From contig NC_087437.1 of NCBI RefSeq assembly GCF_036321535.1, positions 96,660,001 to 96,724,000 on the forward strand: 64,000 bases of DNA, written 5' to 3'. Source of the stretch: Camelus dromedarius (lineage: Eukaryota). The notes under the pieces are model-generated. The model searched no databases, was not told the origin of the DNA, and saw only the letters and a program-made list of their open reading frames with translations. The position numbers were made by a program, and so were the translations under genes. Positions 51,721-64,000 of the stretch are shown here, piece by piece. Each line of letters opens with the position of its first letter. The stretch's first letter is position 1.

Positions 51721-54700
51721 TCTGGATTGTTTTAAAAAACATCTTCCACATTATAGACATACTGAAACACCCTAATAAATTACTTTGATTGATCAAAGAT
51801 CTAGTACACCAAAACATACAGAAATACATGATCGGTTCTTGTTTCCAAAACTGAACAATCGTTTTACAGCCAAAAGCCCATCATCAGTTATCAGTTCAGT
51901 TTGAATTTTTCTGTATAAGATTGTCTTACCACACTATACAGAAACACCACATTTAGATGAAATGTATGGGTTATTATCTACAAACGGACACAGGACAATT
52001 AAAATAAGTGAAGCGTTAAAAATCCAGATCAGAGAAGGATGACTCATTTGCTCTTAGGTTATTTTTTTATTAGGTTCCAACTTGTTTCAAAATGATTTGA
52101 GGGAGCCAAGATAAATTGCATATTGTTCTTCTGAAATATGTTCTGATTTCAATCAGTTCATTTTCAAGTATTCACTAATATTTCTCTGCATGTAGTAAGT
52201 CTGCCTATCTGTGTATCTATCTATGATTAGTAATTTTGGTACATTACATGGAGCTATTAAAATATTCCAATTTTATAGGGATCTGAGATTTATGTTGACT
52301 GAAATGTAGCAATATTTCACATAAAGTGTTTTCTGCCAAATATCATCACTCGTGGTCAAGAAGGGTTTTTTTAGAATTAAAACCAATTTGGAAAAAAATT
52401 TATATCTTGATTGAAAAGTTCAGTGATACTTTCAAATTTAACATAGCTTTTGAATAAATAAAATATAGAGTAAGTAATAAATAATACCAGGGCATAATTT
52501 CTTAGGGCGTATACCTTAAAATTGGGAATTTAAAAAAACTCTAGCGTTCACTGAGATTTTTATCTCCATAATGTCAGGCTTCCTCATTCTGAGGTTGTCC
52601 ATTTTCCCCCTCCCTTCATTTAAGTAATCTGTGAAACCTCAACGTTGGCTGTAAATTAAAAAGTAGCTCTTTGGTGGGGAAGATAACCTCTCATCTAGAT
52701 TAGGAAAGTGTTTTTAAAATAAGCAAAACTGTCAATCTTACAAAGATACAAATTATTTAGAGGTGCAACTCTACGTTTGCAGCCTCTGTTCATGACAGGC
52801 TAGGCTTCCTATCTGAGCATGGTCTCTGCTCATTATTCTATCATCTCTAAAGCTCTCGAGTTCTTATTTTAGTACACAGCCTAATTTCAATGATGTTAAA
52901 TAATACATTTTTTGCTATTTTTACAGCACAACATCATGAACCCAAGGAAATCCCTTTGATTTTTTGCCAAACTATTCCAAGTCCATCTGCTCCAATCTGG
53001 GCTTTGTATAATTGAATTTTAGCAACACATAATTGTAATCCTTATAGGATATGGATTTTTTTTTAATCCAAAACAGAATTTTTGTTGTTCTTAAGAAGAA
53101 GGGATTGTCAAAGACTTAGGGAAAGATTCATCAGAACTCCGGGTACCAAATTTTTACAGCTATCCACTCACTGAATTGGCTTTTAGACTATTTAGTAATG
53201 GATTCTTCAAATTCGAAAGAAGTTTCTTATTCTCCCTTACAATCATATCATGGAATTAATCCAAGGGCCAATGTAATCCAGTTGAACTGCCTATGGTTCT
53301 GTCATATATAAAAACTAATCTGGGAGCAGATCCTGATTTTCTTCCAATATCCAAATTATCTTATTTCTGCCTAATAAAATAACTTCTGACTGCCTGTGGA
53401 GTACTTGAAGTCCTTTTACAAAGAATACTAAGTTTTTAGTTGCTAGAAGCCAGCAGGGAGTCTGGGTAATATAATTTTGCTTTAAAAAGTTAGAGATATA
53501 AATACACATTCTCTTGGTAAAGTGATAAAGTGAAATATATGGAAGAAATTGTCATGTTCCAATTTAGAAACAAACCTGCAAATGAAGAAATAATATGACA
53601 TATAAACTATTTCATATCAAAATATTTCAGTCTGGATGAAAAGTCTCTGCTAAGCAGTTTCTACTGATTAATTTCTTATTTAGCAAAAAACAGTGTAGGA
53701 GTAAGTGATTTTTTGTTCTCTGAGTAATTTCAGCTTTTCCATTATATACTAATACTAATGCAAAAGAATCAAAAATCAAAGAGTTAAGATTGAAAAACGC
53801 TAGTGCAGTTTTTGACATAATGAAACAAATTGTATGGTCCTCCTAACACACTGGCTTGATTTTATTTTTAATATACTTTCTTTATTTTCAATGACTAGCT
53901 CTTTATACATAGTAGGAATATAAAACTTAAATTTGTTTACATTGTGTCTAAGACACATTGAGCATCTAAATTAATTTATAGTTTTTAACAGTGAGAGAAA
54001 AGTTTCATCAAATCTCTGTTCTTTATTGCCTCATTTTCTGGAGACTACTTATCTATGATCTTTTCCTTTGGTGATCTGGCAAATATGAGTGTTTGAGGAA
54101 CTGATTGCTGTAGACAGGGTCAATGAAAATTATGCAGCATGATGAGCATTGAGAGATTTTTTTTTCCAATCTTATCTCTACAGCTGGCTTAAGTCCAGGT
54201 TACTATTTACTTATTATTTTATTTCTCCCTTCCCCACTTCCCACCAAACACACACATTAAATAGATATTATATCACAAAGCTAGAGGAACATTTACAGGA
54301 GTTGTGGGAGTCTATTTTCCAGCCTTGCTTCTGAATCATGTTTAAATTATCAAAAAAGAGATTAAAACATTTTAAGACTTCTAAGTATTTTAGAATATTC
54401 TTAAGTAAACCATTCACTTGTTATTGGGAAAAGTTTAGCTTCTCCAATCTAACTGTGAAGTAGCATTTCTACTTACTATTATCTCTGGGAGGAGAAGGAA
54501 TGGTGAATGAGTGCCTAATTGAGGAAACTATAGAGCATGCTGGCTACAAGCCAGAGCTCTGGAACAAGCAGATCTGGGTTCTAATCTGGTTCTACTACTT
54601 GCACTGTAATGTTAACAATTGCCTTAGCAATAAAACAAAGATGAAAATAGTGCCTACTCAGAAGGGTATATGAATGATGCTTTGAAAGAATATCATAATT

Positions 54701-54746
54701 GGTTTCCAACACTTAGAGTGCTTGGAGTGTACTGATGAATCTCCAT

Positions 54747-55145
54747 ATAGTGGCAGAGACAATGCTGTATGTTAACCCTGAATCATTTTCTGTCTTTCTT
54801 CCACAAAGAGGGTGGCTAAATTTCCTAGCCTCCCTTGCAGGTAGGTTAGATCATGTGACTGAGATGTGGCCAGTGATATGCAGGCACTTCTGAGACTGGC
54901 CTCTAAGAGACCTCCCACAGCACCCCAGGCACTCTAACTATTCTATCATTCATTGGATGGTCAAACCCTGTGGAAAAAAGCAAGCCACCAGATGGAATAA
55001 ATGAGTCCCAGAATGAGTGTGGAGAGCAAATGATCTCACTCTCTCCCAAATGCTTTATGCTGATTTGAGCAAATAACTTGTAATGTGTTAAATTATTAAA
55101 GTTTTAGTATTCTTTGTTTTCGCACTTAGGCTATTCTGACAAATG
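54747..55145 (+). mobile_element. Old MLT1 (MLT1I/J-like) LTR
   Basis: tttcctagcctcccttgcaggtaggttagatcatgtgactgagatgtggccagtg...ctattctgacaaat. Confidence 0.65.
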
Positions 55146-56049
55146 TAATAAGCTGCTTTGAATATTGCCTAAAGTTTAAATGGAAATGTGGTGATATATT
55201 TCTTTCCAGGACATTGAACCATGACTAATATAAAAATAACTAACTTTTAAAAACAATGACTATGTGGGAAGCGCTGCAGTAAGTCTTTTGTATTGATTGT
55301 CTTATTTAATTACCACAAAGCGTAGGACAATGGTATTATTTTTAGCCCCATCGTTCAGAGTAGTTAAGGAAAGTTCAAATTAATGAAGAAACTTTGAAAG
55401 TGTCATAATTTGAGCTGAGACTCATACCTAGTTTCAACAAAGCCTATGGTATCACCCAGGACAGACTAGATTTTTTTTCATAAGGTGCATTTTTAGATAC
55501 TTTTGTCCTAATCAGTTCCCCATGGAATTTAATACCAGAGATACTGTACATGTGCTTATGCACTGTATGTATGTGTGTACTTTATGCATAAAAAGAGTAA
55601 GAATTTTTTGCCCCCCAAAGCAATTCCACATCACTGCTATTAAGAATGCATATTCTACAAATACAGACAATTTCTGAGTCTCAAGCAATGAGGGTTATTT
55701 CTTGCTATTTTGTCTGTCGGAGACTGCGTCATCCTCACTCCAGAATCTAGGTTGCTGGAGCACTCACTTTCTGAACAAACAGAAAAGCAGAATATGGCTT
55801 TAAATTCTCTGGCTGGAAACAAATTACACTATTTGTTATATTTTATTGCCAAAGCAAGACACAACACCCACCACACTCCCCCTTCATGGATGAGAGGAAG
55901 CTGGCAATATTTGTTGATCAGCCGTATTTACCATTCCCCATATCCACCTCCTGCAGAGGTCCCCCTGCTTTTGGAAGAAATTAAGTTCGTTCTGGCAACA
56001 TACAGGTTGTCGCAGGCTACAGAGAAGCTCTGACTTATTATTCCGTGTT

Positions 56050-56474
56050 TTGGTACTGGGTTGAGTAGTTCATGTCCATCCAGAACCTCAGAACGTGTGC
56101 TTGCTTGGAAGTAGGGTCTTCGCACATTTAGTCAAGTTAAGGCGAGTTCATACTGGATTAGGTTGGACCCTAATCCAATGGCTAGGGTCCTTAAAAGAAG
56201 AGGGAAATTTGGATGCAGACATGGAAATCAAAGCGAGAAGACAGCTATGTGAAGACGGTTGCAGAGATAGGAGTTATGCTGTGTACACCAAGGAATGCCT
56301 GAAGCCACCAGACCCTGAAAGAAGCCAGAAAGGATTCTCCCCTAGAACCTTCAGAGCATGGCCTGCCAACACCTTGATTTTCTAGCCTCTAGAGCCTTGA
56401 AAGAACAAATTTCTGGTTTTTTTAGGCCACCAAATTTGTGGTACTTGTTATGGCATCCCTAAGAAATTAATACA
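56050..56474 (+). mobile_element. MLT1 (MLT1B/C-like) LTR
   Basis: cagaacctcagaacgtg..ggaagtagggtctt..ggattctccctagaaccttcagag..aaattaataca. Confidence 0.85.
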
Positions 56475-59400
56475 GCCACTTCAAGTTTTAATAAATTTAA
56501 AACGAGAAAATAAATTTTCATTTATTAAAAGCCAAGTAGATGAATGATAAATTAGTAGAAACCTTGGAAAATAATGATAATATGCATTCTAAATCTATTC
56601 AAATAAAGTTTATCTCATACATATAACATATACAAGTAGACACAATGTGTATCTAAATACAAAGGAAACTGAAGAGCAAGAAAAAAATTTTTTAAAGTTT
56701 AAAGATCCATTCTACAATTTCAGAATGAAGTGGTGTCTTTAAGATCATCTATTATCTTATTATATAACTCAAAGATAGAAGGCCAAATTATAATTAATAA
56801 TAAACACGTTACCTTATTCATAAATTAGTCTTTTTAAATTTATGTTAATTTAACTCAGAATTTCAGAATTTAGATACTGTCTTTTGTTAATTTTTATTGC
56901 AGCTGACAGTGATTTCTGATTAAAAGTTAATTGTATACATATTAACATTTAGAAATTTTTGTATGATTAAAATCATATCAAAATTTTAAAATAACCCTAT
57001 ATTATAAAATGTTAGAATGAATACTAATAACTATCAACTGTATGTGGAAATACTAAATAAAAATATTTGGTACTGTTCTTATTGATGTTTATTACAGAAC
57101 GCCTCTTGCAAAGTGTAGTAAAGGTTATCACAGAACCAGATTTACATAACTGCCTATGGCAGTAAATAGGAGACTAAGTCGTTTCCTCTGCTGATTTAGT
57201 TAGTCTTAGAAAGAAGGCTTAACTCTCATCTTTACAGACTTTTTGTTTCAAAATAAAAAAAAGCATTAGCCAAACCCCAATTTCTATGTCATTAGTCCAT
57301 TTCTTACATTGGTTTTCTTCTATATTCAATTTTTTAAAAATCCAAAAACTAAAATACTCTCTATACTTAGAAGCTCCCCAAATATGACTTCTTGGCAACT
57401 TTTTCACAAGTACATTAGCCCCGACAGGAGCCAGCCAATCACCATAATCATTAACAGGTAGCAACACACACATACATACACACACTGATGCTGGACCTCT
57501 TACATCAAGTGGATGGAACACTGTCTCATCAGTCTGTTAACTCTCAATCTAAAGCAGCATCCATAATAAAAATGGGAACATCATAAGCTGTATTTATCTA
57601 GGGAAACATACATGAAATGAAGACCAACATCTGTACCAAATTCATAAATAAACATGCTATTTATCAATGATATTTTGCACTGCACTCAGTCCTATGTGTT
57701 GCATCAAAACCTCAGTGTGAAAGAGAGATGCTAAAAAGAAGAAAGAAATTTTCAAATGTCTTATTGACACCAGAGTAGGAAAACAGAGATGTTAGATATT
57801 AGAAGATTTTGAAAGAAGGAAAATAATCCACAAGTATTCAGTCCCCTGCATAGTAGCATGGAGCCAGAGTTGGAGGTGAGAAGCCTCAGATGCACAGAAC
57901 TAGAATAAAAGTAGACAAGAGATGTCAGGTGGTTTTGCAAAGTTTTGGAGGACTTAGATCAGAGACAAAGAAAAGACTATTCCATTATGAACAACAAAAA
58001 ATTGAGGCTCTGATAAGTTCAGTAACTTTAACAAAAGAGCACACAAATAAATAAGAGTGCTGAGACCTGACTGACATCCATCTCATTTCCACTAAACTGT
58101 GTTAACAAATTTAATGTTAGTCATTGCTTTCTGGCTATAGAGACGATGTCTCCAACATTTTTAACTTGAGGAAAGCATTGGCAATGAATGAACTAAGATT
58201 TCAGGAGCAGTTCCTTGTTTATTTGCCTCAGTTACGAAAAGGAGTAAGGAAATGAAGCAGAAAAAAAGGAAAACAAAGGTGGGAGGACTGAGAAGCAGGC
58301 AGGTAAGGAAGGAGAGAGGAGTAATCACAATAAGCTTGGTTTCACTAAAACAAAAGCTAGAGAAAGCCATCTGGTTCAGTATTCTTTGGGTTTCTAATTT
58401 CTCTTTGGAGCTCTGATCAAGTATTCTTTCTGATTTCTTTCTACCCAGTTGGCTTTTGTCTTGTAAGGAAACTGAGATGTGGCCTCATTTGTTCACACTA
58501 TGGAACTTTTGAACAGCTTAGTCATAATTTTTCCCTCCACTTAATTAAATAAGCCAAGTGGGCTGGAGAGTAGTACTTGACTAATACCCTCACTAGGATT
58601 CTGAGTTTGACCCTACGTGGTCCTTAAGCTGGCTCTCCATGCTTAGAGCACTGTACTGACTGCTACAGTTTCAAACAGTACCGTGCTGACAGAAGTAGAA
58701 CAAAGATTGTTTTTGACAGTTCCTATCATAGGATGCTGAAAGAGTTAAAGCAACTTAGTGACTGCATGTAGCAATGTCCTACTCATAATTTGGTTTAACA
58801 TGTATTGTCCAATTCACTTTTGCTGCTATATATGCTCTCTGGGGTGTCCAATCTAGAAATGGCTGTATATGCTTTTGCATGAACAGTAGTTGAGTGATTC
58901 AGTATCACCCCCTCTCATATACACAAAGCCATCCTCCTGGCGATGTCTCCTCCTGAGTGAGTGTTGGGGCCATCAGCCTAACAAGAGACCTAACTGCATT
59001 AGGGGCTTCAGAGTGATTCTTCTGACCAGTTTCCCACAGACTGAGATTTCTTTTTGTAGTATGATGTTGTCATCACTATTGTCATCAGAAGACGTGTAAG
59101 AGGATTGTTAACATTATTGTTTGTCAGACTTCTATATTAATTTTCCTTGAAATAGTATTGTCTCAACTGAGAAATAGAATTATATTTTGCCTTGTCTCCA
59201 GAAATGCTTTTAAATTAGAATTGATGTTTGAGCTGCATGACTTTTCACTGCTGATGTAATTTGCTTTTTTATCTGAATGCTTGATAAGTAGCAGTATGAC
59301 TCTATTCTTCTAGTTAAAAATCCATTAACCTCTCCCTTAAAAAGCTGTTGCTTTACAACAGGAGCATTTACATCAAAGACAAAACACTGAAATATATCAT

Positions 59401-62400
59401 CTTTTTCAAAATGCCCGCACCTATTTCTGGATAGGTGTCCTAGAAGTGACAAGGTGCACCAGTCTGACGTAAAGAAGATTCAGGAAAAAATGATTCATTT
59501 GTTCAATTCACTCAACAAATTTTTATTAAGTGCTGTTACATGCCAGCCTAGAACAGGAATGTCTGCCTCATAAATACACATTGCTTTTCTGGATTTTAGT
59601 TCCTTCATCTGTAAAATGAGAGTTGGACAAGTGACTTCTAAAGACTGGTCTCCCTAAGAACAGACATTCTATTCTATGCTCATGTAGAAAGCATGGGTTT
59701 CAGCTCTTTTACAGCAATGATCGGGCCTGAGCCCTTTGCTAAAGGTAAAGAAATCATTGCCTCAAGTTTCAGATTCTGTGAAATAAAGTTACTTTGAAAG
59801 TTCTGCTATGAAGTGGTGTTTATTTTGGTAGTCCTCCATTGGCACATCTGGTCTAATCCATCATGCTGGTATCTATGTGAAGCAGTTGTTCTTTGGGGCC
59901 AAATGTAGACTGGAAAGTTATGACCATTCCTGGTAGCTGGTTCATCTCTGTTACATTATGTAAATACAATGTACCTGCCTTATTCTAATGTCACAACCCT
60001 CTATTAAAACAAAAAAGGATACTATCACCCCAATAGAAAATAGCTTATAATGATACAGATATGGATATCAATAAGGTCAAAGTTTATCTCTGGATGTTAA
60101 GTGTTCTATAGGGATTTCAGAAAGTTTTATTATTAAAAACCTATAGGACTGAAGGAAACCACACTAGGCTCTCAAGGTTAAAACAAGAGACAGAGACTTA
60201 AAACCAAGCATGTGTGCATATATACTTTGTAAAAGTCATTTGGAGATCTTCTTATGATGAACATTTAGTTCTGATTGCTCATGTGAGGTGGTTGTGGTGA
60301 TCCTGGTGAAGGCAATTTTTAATATAAATAAATGGAAACAATGAGGTGCTCGCAGTAGAACTGTGTCTGCCTATAGATAGCATTGAAGCTGTTTCCTTAT
60401 CAGATGCCACTTAAATAATAAAACTGTGTAAAACCTGAGCTGAAAGCAGCAACAAGGAAAATGCCTCTCAAGGAGTGAGGCAGAGATTTATGTGGGCATC
60501 TTCAGTAAGTGCTCCAGGGATCCCCACATGGTAATCCCCAAACACGAAGTCTGCAATACTTTCCATTAGCACCCTACCAACCAGCCCATTCTAAGACCCC
60601 TCAGCACAAATGATACCACCCAGGAGATTTTTTCCTAAGAGAGCTGTAAAGACTTTTCAAGTTGTTTGCATTACAAAAGAAATTCACTTAAATCAGGAAT
60701 CTTTTGTCTAACCTTATGTCATCCCCTTTTATGTTCAGTTGGGAGCAATGTGTCTATTCTTTCAGAAACTTTTGTTAGTTATCATGTTAACTAAATTTCC
60801 AAGTCACTTCAGGCCATTACTTTGATTTTGCCCTTAGCAATAAATTTATATTTGAATTTGTTACACCAAGCCAACTGGAAAGCTTCCACGAATTTAATTA
60901 CTGAGGTCACCTGGGACATGTTTTGATTATATTTTGTTTTCAAGACACAACATCATAATAGAATCCTAAAGAAAAAGAAAACAATTTTGGAGGAGTCTTA
61001 TAAGCTGATTGCAGGGTTAAGCAATTACTTGTAAAGACAAGTCCAAAATAATAACTAAGAGTGGAATGCAAGTAACATTAATTGACCTAAAATACCTAAT
61101 AACGGAAATTGAAAGAAATATTTTTTTCATTATTGTTAAATATTTTGTGTTAGAGGTTTATGGCCACTTCCTTTCCACATGACCATCACACATTCTAAAG
61201 GGAGGAGCTAGCCACCCAGTCTCCTGCTTTTTAAAGAAAGCACACTAAATTAATTTATTGTCAAAGGACAGACCCTCAGTCTTTTCTAAAAAGTCCAAGG
61301 AAAAAAATAAAAAATAAGAAAAGGTCAAACTACTGGTCACTTCTCTAATGTTTCAACGTCTTCACTTTATGGTACTCATATATTCCAAATCGTGTCTTTT
61401 TCTCCTCCAATATAGTATTAAGTCACAAATTCAAAAGAAAGATGTGGATATTTGAAACAGTAGTTAACATAAGAAAATGCTCCAAAATGGTGATACCAAG
61501 ATTCATGTTTATAAAAGCAAACTTCAAATTTCTTTTCCTTCCTCTTTTGCCTTATTATTATTAAAAATACAATCCATAACAACTGGTACGTATGGAGTCT
61601 CCATATCTCAAACCCTTAGTTCTTCCTCACAGGGCAGGACTCAGCATTTCCATCTCTTAGATGTTTCTCGAAATACAGTCAGTGTCTACAGATTCAACTC
61701 TAGCTTTTACTCTAAGTATATCACACTCTAAACACTGGATCGTAGTTTTACATGTGTTTATGTTAATGGTACACACAAATGATTCTGTAGCTGATATCAC
61801 TCTCTGTTTTATTGATCCTTTTCCCTCTCCATCAGCTCCTCAAGCTGCCTGTTTTACTGCCTCATCTTCCAGTTTCTCTCAGTGTCTACACTGAGACTAA
61901 TACTCAGAACAATAAACACATAGGAACATCCCTGAGACTCAAACTTCCCTATCCTGTATCCGTTTCCATCTGATGCCCTCTTAATGATTTTTGAGGTAAT
62001 AATTCCATCTCTGTGGAAATAGTCACACAATTTTCTGCCTCACTTAAATTCAGATATTTAACTGGGTAGGGACATGCTACTCTAATTAATAAAGTAGCAT
62101 TTTGGAGCAATGTTGAGAACTTATCACAACTAAGTGAATCCATGTCAGTCTATGTGCTCCCTCTAGGCAGAACTGAACTGTGCGTATATTTGTCATAAGT
62201 GTATGTGATATACAGAGAATCTGAATTATTAGACCTGAAGAAAATGTCAAATTAAATACCACATTTTTGTACTTCAAGCAGTTATATTAAGGTGGCTAAT
62301 TGTAAGTATAAAACATATTATATATATTCTTAATTTTCAAAAATAAAGATGAATCTTTTATTGTGTCATTTTATATATATTTATAATTTATGTATAATCA

Positions 62401-62839
62401 GAATATTATTAAAAACTACTTTGATTGTAGATATTATAGAGTACAGACTCATTAAAATAAGAAGCCAGTACTTTGCCATGAGAATTTCACTAGCATAGGC
62501 CGATTTTTAATTTTTTCTGTCTAGTTTATGTTTGAAAGAAATATTTTAAAATAATTCTATGTTGATAAGGGGGTAATTAAGTTTCTTTCCATGCCTGTCT
62601 CCTACGAGTCTGTATCCTTTCAATAGTGTCTAAATTCCTTGAACTCTAAGAATACTAAAACCTTTGACATACAAATGGTTATTAAAATTATGGTACATCA
62701 CTACATTTCTTTATCCAATCATGATATATCTCAACAACTTTTGGCCTTTTGTGATTTTATTTTTTTTATCCACTATTTGATTTGCTTTCTAGTACTTTCC
62801 TAAAGAGAAAAAACAAGGATTTGCAAAAATATTAACTCT

Positions 62840-63165
62840 CAGGCTAGTCACAAAAGGACAGATACTCTAAGATTCCACTATGTAAGGTTTCTAGAGTATT
62901 CAGAATCATAGCGACAAAAAATAGAATTGTGGCTGCCAGGGCCTGAGGGAAGGAGAGATTGGGGAGTTATTATTTAATGAGTACAGTGTTTCAGTTTTGT
63001 AAATTAAAAAAGTTCTGGAGATGGGTGGTGATTGGTGATAGTTGCACAACAATGTGAATGTACTTAATACACTGAGCTGTACATTTAAAAATAGTTAAAA
63101 TGGTAAATTTTATGTTTTGTCAAAATGATTTATTTTATGGTGTATTTTATATTTTACCATGACTA
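62840..63165 (+). mobile_element. Old L1 3' end
   Basis: gtcacaaaaggaca..ggctgccagggcctgaggg..gttgcacaacaatgtgaatgtacttaat..aaaatggtaaattttatg. Confidence 0.85.
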
Positions 63166-63189
63166 AAAATACTAATTTGTATGTTGTCT

Positions 63190-64000
63190 TTTAAAAGTAG
63201 CTCAACCACTGTTTACTACAGAAAATGATTAAAAACTAAAAAAGTATAAAGAGAAAATTCATACAACTCATGATCTCACCATTCAAGAAATAAACACTTT
63301 TTCCAAGTATTTCCATTTTTCTCCACATACTGCTTTATGGCTGAAAGCTTAATATTTATGATTTTGTATCCTGCTTTTCTTCCACTTAGTGTTGAAAAAT
63401 AAAACTTTCCTGTGTCATTAAACCTATAAACATCATTTTATGTAGTTTGTGATATTATATAGTATGGATATACTACATTTACTTAATATTCTCATATTAT
63501 TGGACATTCAGTTTATTTTCAGAATTATTCTGGACATATTTCATAATATTCTTTGTTTTGTTTTATGAACAACACAGTCTGGAACATATTTTTCTATAAG
63601 CCATTGAGAACATTTTTCATTTCTTCATTAGAATATAAGTGTTTGCTTAAATAGATTGACTAGCTGACTCAAAGGACATGAACATTTTTAAGGTTTTTAA
63701 TATGCATTGCAAAAATGTTTCTCAGAAAAACAGAAAACACTTCCACTCTCACCAGCTGTGAATAAGAGTGTCTATTTCACTAATGCTTTTATATATAGAA
63801 AGTTCTCCCCATCCAGATATTTGATAAATTATTCAGTTCTCAGTATTTACTGCTTTGTTTGTGGTTTTACTTTTACATTTAACTATAAAAATCAAGATGT
63901 ATTTTCTATTTTAGTATAGAATGAGGTGAACATCTGAATTATTTTCCCCCAAACCCATCCAATTTTGATTTATTTGTAATTCTTCTTGTTATTACTATTT
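63190..64000 (-). mobile_element. Ancient L1 (L1ME-like) fragment
   Basis: ttggacattcagtttattttc, tgactcaaaggacatgaacatttt, ttccactctcaccagc. Confidence 0.6.

Noticed and set aside
58930..58950. tcctcctggcga resembling ROBO2 exon 2 (RQED) in reverse
   Set aside because: Only ~12 nt match, upstream of exon 1, and the flanks do not encode the expected peptide.
1..64000. CRISPR array, operon or other prokaryotic system
   Set aside because: The sequence is mammalian; no regularly spaced repeat-spacer arrays or dense coding regions.

Overview
AT-rich eutherian genomic DNA, most likely a camelid (alpaca/vicuna/camel), judged from a tRNA-Ala-derived vic-1-type SINE at ~15.0 kb. The only protein-coding sequence I can support is the 61-nt first coding exon of ROBO2 (proximal ROBO2b promoter, minus strand, 46907-46967, MSRLMFTQLLLCGFLYIRVD-G). 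It is preceded by a long, uORF-rich 5' leader and a CpG-island promoter at ~47.3-48.4 kb. Positions 1-46906 are the following intron; I could not find exon 2 (SRLRQEDFPPRIVEHP...) in the window. The rest is interspersed repeats (L1, L2, CR1/L3, MIR, MLT1, MER34-like LTR, Tigger- and Charlie-type DNA elements) and microsatellites. None of the ORF-track entries looks like a real gene. The most unusual object is an orphan, promoter-like CpG island at ~30.6-31.45 kb, deep inside the intron. It carries YY1, NRF1, SP1 and an inverted pair of E2F motifs, an antisense MAAAAAA micro-ORF and a sense-strand splice donor. Also notable are the ROBO2 uORFs, a twin-primed L1 and nested MLT1 elements. All family assignments were made by eye from memory of consensus sequences, and repeat boundaries are approximate unless TSDs are given. 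I see no prokaryote-type system such as CRISPR.
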